62,325 nt of DNA, taken from assembly GCA_027008705.1 (NCBI GenBank), contig JALVEB010000188.1, positions 1-62,325 on the forward strand. Reading direction: 5' to 3'. Below the pieces are notes generated by a model. That model saw only the letters and a list, made by a program, of their open reading frames with translations, did no database searches and was not told the origin of the DNA. Origin of the DNA: Sedimenticola sp. (GTDB lineage Bacteria > Pseudomonadota > Gammaproteobacteria > Chromatiales > Chromatiaceae). Both the position numbers and the translations under genes were made by a program. Positions 18,558 to 25,976 of this stretch are shown one piece after another; the first letter of the stretch is position 1; each line of letters starts with the position of its first letter.

Positions 18558-20540
18558 CTACACCAACCCGCGGTGGAAGAAGCCGATCACGACCAGGATC
18601 AACAGAACCAGGCCGATCGACAGCAGGGTAAAGCCCAGCACATAGGAAACGGTCTTGAAACGTTTCGATGGCGGTGGTACCAGGCGTTTGTCGAGCTCGC
18701 CGCTGGCCTTCAGTCGCTCGTACTCCTCGGGTCGTTCTTCCTTGAACTCCTCGAGATCCCAACTGCCGGTGAACATCACCGTGTCGAGCGGGAATTTGCT
18801 CGGACGGAAGTGGTTATTGAAGAAGTGCACGACGAACAGCGTCATCACCGCGAGGAAGGCCTCCAGGCCGTGCGCCATCGTCGCCAGGTTGAACACCCAG
18901 CCCGGCAGAAAACGGCTGAAAAACGGTGAGAACCACAGGATCAGGCCGGACAGACCGATCACCAGCGCACCCCAGTAGACCGCCCAGTAGTCGAACTTCT
19001 CCCAGTAGGCCCAACGATCAAAGCGTGGCGCTTCTCCCTTGCCGAAGAACCACTTGAACTGGCCCTTCATGTCTTCCCAATCCTTCTTGCGTGGCAGCAG
19101 CGAATCGGGGCCGAACCAGTCGAAGTCCTTGTCCTTGATCAGCTTGCGCAAGACCACGAAGGCATGGCCGAACACCGCGAGCAGAAACACCACGGCGGCG
19201 GTGCGGTGGACATAGCCGAAGCCGGTCGGCCCGCCGAACAGCTTGATTACGAACATCGCCCAGGCGGTGTCCGGGAACATCACCACCATGCCGGTCAGGG
19301 TCAGCGTCATCACCGACAGGGCCAGAGCCCAATGATTCAGCCGCCATTGCCATGAGAAACGGCGGAAATGACGCCCGCTGTCGTGGCGGATGCGCTTGGC
19401 GCGCACGCGAAAGCGCTTGCCGTCGACGGTGATCCATTCATACGGACGCGACTTCATCTCGCGCCAGAACCACAGCATCGAGTGGGTATAGAAGAAGACC
19501 AGCGTCAGGATGATGATCGCGATCATCGCGCGACCCAGCCACCACAGCTCCGGGTTGCGCTCGATGTCGCCGATATCGGCATGGGCGCGGAAATGCACGA
19601 AATCCGGACCGGCGTCTTCGTGACACTTGCGGCAGGTCTTGAGGATGTTTTGGGGCGAGACCTTGGACGCCGGGTCATCGATTTTGTGGGTATTGTGCGG
19701 ATCGTGGCAGTCCTTGCATTGCGCCACCTCGGTATTGCCGAGCCAGGCGAGCTGGCCATGGGTGGTGGCCTTATAAGAGCGCACCTCCTTCGAATGGCAG
19801 TTGCCGCATTGCTCGGTGATCACGCGATGGGTCTTCAGCGCGCCCTTTTCGGCGATCTCGTGGGCCGAGTGGCAATCGGTGCAGGTGGCGCTGTCGCCTT
19901 TCCACGGTGTCTTCAGGCTGGCGCCGTGGATCGAGCGGCGATACGCCTCCAGCTCCCTGGCATGGCATTTGCCGCAGGTCTCCGGCGCGTTCAGTTTATG
20001 CACCGTCGAGCGGATATCGCTTGACGGGAACACATAGTGCGCGGTATGGCAGTCGGCGCAGCCGGCGTTGTCCTTGGCGCCCTTGCGTCGGGCATGGATC
20101 GAGTGGGTGTAACGCCGGGTCTGAATGACGATATCCAGGTTGTCGCCAGCCAGCCACGGAGTGCGCTCCGGCGCCGCGCCCTTGCCCTGGGCGATATGAC
20201 AGCGAACGCAATCCGGTCGCTTCAGATGCTGCTTGTGCGGCAGTTGCCCGATGTCGGAATGGCAGTCCAGGCAGCCATAGCGGCCATGCACGCTCTGGTG
20301 CAGGGTCTCGGCGTCGATGTCCAGATGACGGAATCTGCCGAGGGTCTCGTCCGGTACGGCGAAGCCCTTCTGCCCGTGACATTTCAGGCAGTCGGCCTCG
20401 CGGATGCGCTCGCGCGGAATCACCGGTTCGCCGGGCAGCAGGCGCTTCCCGTCGCCCTTGGCGGCGGGCGCGCCGGCCCAGGCGCCATTGGATATCGCCA
20501 GCAGCAGGCCGGCGACCAGCAGATAGGGAAGGATCTTCAT
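18558..20540 (-). CDS. Nine-heme cytochrome c fused to a ~6-TM cytochrome-b-like membrane domain (CbcL-like putative quinol:cytochrome oxidoreductase)
   Basis: Signal peptide MKILPYLLVAGLLLAISNGAWA. Nine CXXCH motifs: CLKCH, CLDCH, CVRCH, CADCH, CGKCH, CTDCH, CGNCH, CKDCH, CRKCH. The C-terminal half has about 6 hydrophobic helices with conserved His (HWALAL, VHRTAAV..FGHAF, MAHGLEAF..VVHFF). The ATG overlaps the amt stop (ATGA). The listed 1055-aa ORF is an out-of-frame extension through amt. Confidence 0.8.
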   Translation of the reverse strand: MKILPYLLVAGLLLAISNGAWAGAPAAKGDGKRLLPGEPVIPRERIREADCLKCHGQKGFAVPDETLGRFRHLDIDAETLHQSVHGRYGCLDCHSDIGQLPHKQHLKRPDCVRCHIAQGKGAAPERTPWLAGDNLDIVIQTRRYTHSIHARRKGAKDNAGCADCHTAHYVFPSSDIRSTVHKLNAPETCGKCHARELEAYRRSIHGASLKTPWKGDSATCTDCHSAHEIAEKGALKTHRVITEQCGNCHSKEVRSYKATTHGQLAWLGNTEVAQCKDCHDPHNTHKIDDPASKVSPQNILKTCRKCHEDAGPDFVHFRAHADIGDIERNPELWWLGRAMIAIIILTLVFFYTHSMLWFWREMKSRPYEWITVDGKRFRVRAKRIRHDSGRHFRRFSWQWRLNHWALALSVMTLTLTGMVVMFPDTAWAMFVIKLFGGPTGFGYVHRTAAVVFLLAVFGHAFVVLRKLIKDKDFDWFGPDSLLPRKKDWEDMKGQFKWFFGKGEAPRFDRWAYWEKFDYWAVYWGALVIGLSGLILWFSPFFSRFLPGWVFNLATMAHGLEAFLAVMTLFVVHFFNNHFRPSKFPLDTVMFTGSWDLEEFKEERPEEYERLKASGELDKRLVPPPSKRFKTVSYVLGFTLLSIGLVLLILVVIGFFHRGLV

Positions 20541-21799
20541 AGCTTCTGGGTGAACTCCGGGTAAGCCTCGAGCCCGATCTCGGCGATATCGGCCCCTTCG
20601 TACTCCTCCAGCTCCGAGAGCCGGATGCCCATGGTCTTCTTCAGCGCCAGCCAGGTCAGATAGCTGGCGCCGAAGGTCCAGGCGAAGATCAGCGCGATGC
20701 CTTTCAGTTGCGCTGTCAGACTGGCCTCGGGATTCGAGAACACCACCGCGATCAGCCCCCAGATCGCGACCACGCCGTGAACCGAGATCGCGCCGACCGG
20801 ATCGTCGATGTGCGCGACGCGGTCCATCAGAATGATCGATACCACCACCAGCAGCCCGGCGACGAGACCGATGAAGGTCGCCAGCCCCGGGGTCGGGGTC
20901 AGGGGCTCGGCGGTGATCGCGACCAGTCCGGCGAGGATGCCGTTGAGTCCCATCGTCAGATCGGTTTTGCCGAACCAGAAACGCGACAGGATCAGCGCCG
21001 CGATGGCGCCGCCGGCGGCGGCCATGTTGGTGTTGACGAAGATCAGCGCGACCGCGTTGGCGTCGGCCACCGAGGTGATGGTCAGCTGGGAACCGCCGTT
21101 GAAGCCGAACCAGCCGAGCCACAGGATCATCGTGCCGAGGGTGGCGAAGGTCATGTTCGATCCGGGGATCGCCATCGGTTGCAGTCCACCGCCGGGCTTG
21201 GGCACATACTTGCCCTTGCGTGGACCCAGCAACAGCACGCCGGCCAGCGCCGCCGAGGCGCCGGCGAGGTGGACCACGCCGCTGCCGGCGAAATCGAGGA
21301 AGCCGGCCTGCTTCAGAACGCCGCCGCCCCATTGCCAGTACCCCTCGACCGGATAGATCAGGCCGGTCATCACCACCGCGAAGGCGAGGAAGGCCCACAG
21401 ACGCATGCGCTCGGCGACGCTGCCGGAGATGATCGACATCGAGGTGGCGACGAACACCACCTGGAAGAAGAAATCGGCGAAATAGGAATGCCGGGTCTCG
21501 CCCCCTGAGTTGACCACGGTCGCGAGGCTGTGGTCGAGGCCGAGAAAGAAACTCAGCGATGGCAGCCAGGCGTTGTCGCTGGCGCCGTACATGATGTTGT
21601 AGCCGACGAACATGTACAGGATCGAGGCGATCGCATACAGCGCAACGTTCTTGGTCAGGATCTCGGCGACGCTCTTGGTGCGCACCATGCCGGATTCGAG
21701 CATCGCGAAGCCGGTTGCCATCCACATCACCAGCGCGCCGGAGAGCAGCAGGTAGAGCGTGTCGGTCGAATAGATCAGTTCAATCAGTGTGGTTTCCAT
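20537..21799 (-). CDS. amt: Amt-family ammonium channel
   Basis: 420 aa, about 11 TM. Has DFAGSGVVHLAGA and VHGVVAIWG (twin-His pore) and WFGFNGGS. No glnK gene is adjacent. Confidence 0.88.
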   Translation of the reverse strand: METTLIELIYSTDTLYLLLSGALVMWMATGFAMLESGMVRTKSVAEILTKNVALYAIASILYMFVGYNIMYGASDNAWLPSLSFFLGLDHSLATVVNSGGETRHSYFADFFFQVVFVATSMSIISGSVAERMRLWAFLAFAVVMTGLIYPVEGYWQWGGGVLKQAGFLDFAGSGVVHLAGASAALAGVLLLGPRKGKYVPKPGGGLQPMAIPGSNMTFATLGTMILWLGWFGFNGGSQLTITSVADANAVALIFVNTNMAAAGGAIAALILSRFWFGKTDLTMGLNGILAGLVAITAEPLTPTPGLATFIGLVAGLLVVVSIILMDRVAHIDDPVGAISVHGVVAIWGLIAVVFSNPEASLTAQLKGIALIFAWTFGASYLTWLALKKTMGIRLSELEEYEGADIAEIGLEAYPEFTQKL

Positions 21800-21834
21800 C
21801 GGGTGCCTACCGCAATATGAATTCGCTACGGGAA

Positions 21835-21870
21835 CGCCGGCGCCACGGAAGGGGTTCCGTGGCGCCGGCG
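21835..21870 (-). promoter_or_regulatory. Very stable intercistronic hairpin between the hao-like gene and amt
   Basis: Perfect 16-bp stem cgccggcgccacggaa / ttccgtggcgccggcg with a 4-nt loop. No U-tract follows on the minus strand. Confidence 0.5.
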
Positions 21871-21886
21871 GGAGGGAGGGGCGTCG

Positions 21887-23524
21887 CTATTCGCGGTTCG
21901 CCGCCGCTTCGGCCTCGGCCTTCATGCGGGCTTTCATGAGGTTGAAGCCATGGTTGTCGTCATCCGACGGACGCCAAGCACGGGGCGGCTTGCCGCCTTC
22001 GAACCAGCGGTGCATCGGCGAGGCAAGCACCTCCTTCAGCAGTTTCTCGACCGCATCGGCGCCCTTGGCGTTGCCGTTCTCGCGGGCGTGCTTGATCGCC
22101 TCACGGATCTCCGGCACCAGGTCGATGTAGAAACGGTGCGCGACCTCGAAGACGCCTTCCCAGTGCACATAGTCCGGGGCGAACATCGCCGCGCCATGGC
22201 GCGCGCGCCGGCCTTCATGGTGCCACAGATAGAAGTAGTCCCACTCCACTGCCTCATTGAACTTGACCTTGTCGCGCAGGCCGTTCTTCAGCATTGCCGT
22301 GACCAGTTTCTTCGCCGGGATCAGGAACTTGTCGTTGAAGGTCACGACGAAGGTGTCGAGCTGCTCGAAATGGGCGTCGACAATGTTGTTGCCGTGGCAT
22401 GAGCGGCACACCCGCTTCATGTCCTTGCGGCGTTGCAACCAGGGCTTGACCTTCTTGCCTTTCTCGATCGCCTTCGAGTCGACCTTCGCCGAGACCGGCG
22501 CGCGCAGATTCCAGGCGATGCGGTCGCCGATGTCATGGGTCACCGGCAGATCCTTGGTGCGCGACATATGGCAGGTGGCGCAGGTCGGCGCGGCGTTGTA
22601 GTCCTCGCCGACGATCCATTTGTTGGAATTCAGATTCATCTGGTCCTTGTGGGCGCGGAACGCGATACCATGCGCCGATTCCTCATAGATCTCCTTCTGC
22701 GGATGATCCGGGCCCAGGTGGCAGCGTCCGCAGGCATTCGGCTCGCGCGCCTGGGCGGCGGAGAAGTTGTGACGCAGGTGACAGGCGCTGCAAGCGCCCT
22801 TCGAGCCATCCGGATTGATGCGTCCGATGCCGGTGTTCGGCCAGCTCGATTTGTCGAGCGAGCCGTCCGAGTTCACGCGCACGATCGATCCGTGGCAGGC
22901 GCCGCAGCCCATCGCGGTGATCGGCGAGGTGCCGGAGAGCGTCGGCGCGCCCTCGACGACCTCGGCGAGGACGTTGTCGAGCGAGCCGAGGATGTCGCCG
23001 GCGGTGGCGTGGTGGCTGCGGTCGAACTCGGCGACCTCGCGCTCGTGACAGCGCGCGCAGTCCTTCGGCGAGACGATCACCGAGATCACGAAGTCCTTGT
23101 GCATGATCGCGTCCTTGTCGTTGCGATCCGCCTTGTGGCACTCGTAGCAGCCGACATTGGCGCCGAAGTGCTTCGAATGGCCCCACTGGTCATAGATGCC
23201 CGGGGTCTTTTCGCGGTGACAGGACATGCAGGTGGCGCTCTCGCGGCTCAACTGATTGAAGCCGGACAGGATCTTGACCGGCTTTTCATCGTGCATCGCG
23301 ACCCGCGTGGTCTTGGCGGGCCTGGCCGCCGGCGCGGCCTGGGCTCCTGGCGCCGCCTTGACGAGCGGCGTGCCGGTCGCTTGTGGCGTGGGCGCCGCCA
23401 CCGGGGCCGGATGCATCGGCTGGGCGACGGGCAGCTGGGTATTGTTCCACCAGCCGTTCGCGGCGGCGAAGGCGGTGGTGGCGAGCAGCAGGGACAAGAT
23501 GCCCCCGGATAGAACCGACCTCAT
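21887..23524 (-). CDS. Octaheme cytochrome c of the hydroxylamine-oxidoreductase (HAO) superfamily
   Basis: Signal peptide MRSVLSGGILSLLLATTAFAA, then a Pro/Ala-rich linker. Eight CXXCH motifs: CMSCH, CYECH, CARCH, CGACH, CSACH, CGRCH, CATCH, CRSCH. About 545 aa, with a C-terminal WHHEGRRARHGAAMFAPDY-type segment. The start is moved to the Met preceded by GGAGAG. Confidence 0.75.
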   Translation of the reverse strand: MRSVLSGGILSLLLATTAFAAANGWWNNTQLPVAQPMHPAPVAAPTPQATGTPLVKAAPGAQAAPAARPAKTTRVAMHDEKPVKILSGFNQLSRESATCMSCHREKTPGIYDQWGHSKHFGANVGCYECHKADRNDKDAIMHKDFVISVIVSPKDCARCHEREVAEFDRSHHATAGDILGSLDNVLAEVVEGAPTLSGTSPITAMGCGACHGSIVRVNSDGSLDKSSWPNTGIGRINPDGSKGACSACHLRHNFSAAQAREPNACGRCHLGPDHPQKEIYEESAHGIAFRAHKDQMNLNSNKWIVGEDYNAAPTCATCHMSRTKDLPVTHDIGDRIAWNLRAPVSAKVDSKAIEKGKKVKPWLQRRKDMKRVCRSCHGNNIVDAHFEQLDTFVVTFNDKFLIPAKKLVTAMLKNGLRDKVKFNEAVEWDYFYLWHHEGRRARHGAAMFAPDYVHWEGVFEVAHRFYIDLVPEIREAIKHARENGNAKGADAVEKLLKEVLASPMHRWFEGGKPPRAWRPSDDDNHGFNLMKARMKAEAEAAANRE

Positions 23525-23617
23525 TGTTTGGACTCTCCAAGCTGGTTTCTGAAATGGGCGCGCGGGGCGTTCCCGCGGGGACTGCGACCGGTGCGCGCCG
23601 GCCGACAATCAAGAAAA

Positions 23618-23632
23618 GCAAGTTTTGTGCCA
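23618..23632 (-). promoter_or_regulatory. Sigma54 (RpoN) -24/-12 promoter upstream of the hao-like operon
   Basis: The minus strand reads TGGCACAAAACTTGCT, i.e. TGGCAC-N5-TTGC(T), matching the consensus TGGCAC-N5-TTGCW. It lies about 95 nt upstream of the ATG at 23524. Confidence 0.75.
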
Positions 23633-23844
23633 GTGTGTAACATCCGTGTCGGGGCAGAGGGTTGCGCCGTCGGACGAGCAAGAGCGAAATCCCCTGTTTT
23701 CGGGAATATTATTAGTTGCTCCTCATATAGTTATCTTATGAAATGTAGGTTTGTCCGGGCGCCTGCGGCATCGTGATTTCAGGAATGGAAGGAAGGTTGC
23801 GAAGGGGGACGCCGGGCCGCGCCCTTGATGCGGCGCCCCGCTTT

Positions 23845-23861
23845 TGCACCTGGATGGTGCA
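23845..23861. promoter_or_regulatory. NtrC-type enhancer palindrome
   Basis: TGCACCTGGATGGTGCA against the consensus TGCACCA-N3-TGGTGCA. It is intergenic (after the stop of the ankyrin gene), about 215-240 bp upstream of the sigma54 element, with an AT-rich stretch in between. Confidence 0.6.
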
Positions 23862-23909
23862 ACATGGGGCGGCATGCTTCATAAGAGCACATTCGGGCGG
23901 TATTGCGGT

Positions 23910-25976
23910 TCAGTGCGAGGCGCAAGAGCGATAACGCGGCGTGGAGGGGCCGGGGGCGGCCGTGGGCGACAGCGCCAGGCGGCCGTCGTCCAGCCAGCGC
24001 AGGCGCGGGTCGTCGGAGGCGAGGGGTTCGGGGAAGCCGGGCAGCGGGGTGATCGCGCGGCCGTTCGCGCCGAGCAGATAGAGACGCCGGTCGCGGTCGC
24101 GAAACAACGCCAGCCAGGCGCCACGCTCGGGCGCGCAGCGCTCGGCCCACAGCTGTCGGCGCGGATGTTCGATCAGCGCCGCGAGCCGGCGCCCGCGGGT
24201 CCAGCGGGTAGCGCTGTCGCGCGCGCGTTTCTCGATGCGCCCGGCGATGTCGTCGAAGCCGGCGTCCCAGGCGAGTTCGGCGAGGCGGCGCAGCGCGCTT
24301 GGCTCGTCGGGCAAGGCGCCGGCGGCGAGCAGGGCGCGTGTCGCCTCGCGGTCGCGCAGCGCCAGCGCCAGGCGCAAGGCGCTGCGTCCGCGCCGGTCTT
24401 TCGCGCGTGGGTCGGCGCCGGCGCGCAGCATCGGCTCGATGAGTTCGGAATAGCCGTGGTTCAGCGCCTCGAACAGCGGACTTTCTCCTTGCTCGTCGGG
24501 GTAGCGCTCGAGGTCGTCGATGGCCGCGAGCACGCGCCGCGTGACCGTCACGCCGCCTTGCTGGAGCAGGTAGGTGAAGACGCTGGCGCCGGCGTCGTCG
24601 GCATCGCCGCGCACCCGTCGCGGCAGCGGGCGACCGTTGCGCAGCAGTTCGATCAGCCGTTCCCAGTCATGTCGAAGCAGGGCGTCGCGGGTATCGTGGT
24701 CGGAGGGGTCGTCGCCGACCGGCGGCGCCGTCGACGCGCGCGCGGCGCCGTCGCGCTGGTTGATCGCCGAGAGGCGCAGGTAGCGGCTGTAGCGGTCGCT
24801 CAGGGTGGCTTCCTCGATATGGATGCCGTGGCGGCTCAGGACCGCGAGACGGGGTGCGTCATCGCGTCGCAAGGCGTCGTCGACCCAGGCGCTTCGACGC
24901 GTCTTTTCGAGCTTTCCGGCGTCGACGTGATCGAGCAGCAGGTCGAGCAGCGCGGTGGCGCCGGCGGCCTTGTCGAGGGCGTCCGGGCGATCGCCGCCGC
25001 GCGGGTCGGCGCCGTGGTCGAGCAGCGCCCGGGCGATCGCGAGACGTCGATCGCGCGCTCGGGAGGGCGGTTCTTCGCCGGCCCCGATGAGGCGCATCAA
25101 CGGGGTTTCGTCGCGCTCGTCGCGGCGGTTCGGGTCGGCGCCCTGTCGCAGCAATTGCGCGACAATGGCGACTGCGTTGGGGCGCGGCGGGGCATCGCGC
25201 GGGATCGCCGCCTGCAACGCGGTTTCACCGAACAGGTTCGGCTGGTTGGGATCGGCGCCGGCATCGAGCATCCAGCGGACGACCTCGGGCAGGTCGCGTC
25301 GCGCCGCCGCCACCAGTGGACCGCCACGATAATCGGCGCCACGCGCCAACAGCTCGCGGATGCGCGTGCGATCGGCTTTGTCGATCGCGCGTTCGAGCTC
25401 GCGCGACAGGTAGCCCTTGCGCAGTCGGGCCGGCGGGCTCGCCTGTGGCGGGGTGGCGGTGTCGGTGGCTTGCGCGCGGGCCCTGGCTTCGGTGAGGTCG
25501 AGCTGGTCGGCGATCTCGCAGCCGGCGGCGAAGGCCGCGGTGTCGAGCGGCACGCCATGCAACTGACAGCGCCAGCGATAGAGGTCTTGCTGGTCCGTGC
25601 TGGCTTCGGGCGTCAGCAGGATCCGGGCTTCGCGCGGGAAGGCGCCGCCGAGTCCCGCGACGATGCGCCCGCCGGGCTCGATGCGCACCGAGCGCAGCGC
25701 GCCCCGGTGGAAGGTATGCGGCGGAGCAAGGCCCAGTTCCTGGTTGTCGTTGGGGAAGCGGCCCTGTTGCTCGACGAAGGCGATGAGCTGAAGCTTGATG
25801 TCTTGCAATGCGGCCAGGGCCGATGACAGGCGCGCCGCGCGCATCGTCGCGCTGATGTATTGCGAGGCCGCGGCGCCGTCGCCGCCGGGTGGGACCAGGG
25901 TGGCCGGTCGCAGCAGCCAGAGTCCGGCGGCCAGCAGGGATGCGGCCGAGAGCAACAGGCGTAGCGGGCCTTTCAT
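23910..25976 (-). CDS. Membrane-anchored protein with a pilin-fold-like N-terminal domain, multiple ankyrin repeats and an unknown C-terminal domain
   Basis: N-terminal hydrophobic helix. Residues about 35-170 resemble a type IV pilin globular domain (SQYISATMRAARLS...GRFPNDNQELGL...WRCQLHG...AAGCE disulfide loop) but lack the prepilin G/FTLIE leader. Repeated ...LL..GADPN...G.T.L motifs are ankyrin repeats. The ATG overlaps the glnD stop (ATGA). Confidence 0.65.
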   Translation of the reverse strand: MKGPLRLLLSAASLLAAGLWLLRPATLVPPGGDGAAASQYISATMRAARLSSALAALQDIKLQLIAFVEQQGRFPNDNQELGLAPPHTFHRGALRSVRIEPGGRIVAGLGGAFPREARILLTPEASTDQQDLYRWRCQLHGVPLDTAAFAAGCEIADQLDLTEARARAQATDTATPPQASPPARLRKGYLSRELERAIDKADRTRIRELLARGADYRGGPLVAAARRDLPEVVRWMLDAGADPNQPNLFGETALQAAIPRDAPPRPNAVAIVAQLLRQGADPNRRDERDETPLMRLIGAGEEPPSRARDRRLAIARALLDHGADPRGGDRPDALDKAAGATALLDLLLDHVDAGKLEKTRRSAWVDDALRRDDAPRLAVLSRHGIHIEEATLSDRYSRYLRLSAINQRDGAARASTAPPVGDDPSDHDTRDALLRHDWERLIELLRNGRPLPRRVRGDADDAGASVFTYLLQQGGVTVTRRVLAAIDDLERYPDEQGESPLFEALNHGYSELIEPMLRAGADPRAKDRRGRSALRLALALRDREATRALLAAGALPDEPSALRRLAELAWDAGFDDIAGRIEKRARDSATRWTRGRRLAALIEHPRRQLWAERCAPERGAWLALFRDRDRRLYLLGANGRAITPLPGFPEPLASDDPRLRWLDDGRLALSPTAAPGPSTPRYRSCASH

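Noticed and set aside
18558-21725. Listed 1055-aa ORF on the minus strand
   Set aside because: Its N-terminal ~395 residues are an Arg/Gly/Pro-rich out-of-frame read through the amt gene. A signal peptide, the ATG at 20540 and the ATGA overlap with the amt stop mark the real start.
23845-23861. Reading the TGCACC-N5-GGTGCA palindrome as a simple transcript-end hairpin for the ankyrin gene
   Set aside because: The stem is only 6-7 bp and no U-tract follows on the minus strand. It matches the NtrC consensus closely and sits upstream of a sigma54 promoter. The terminator reading cannot be fully excluded without data.
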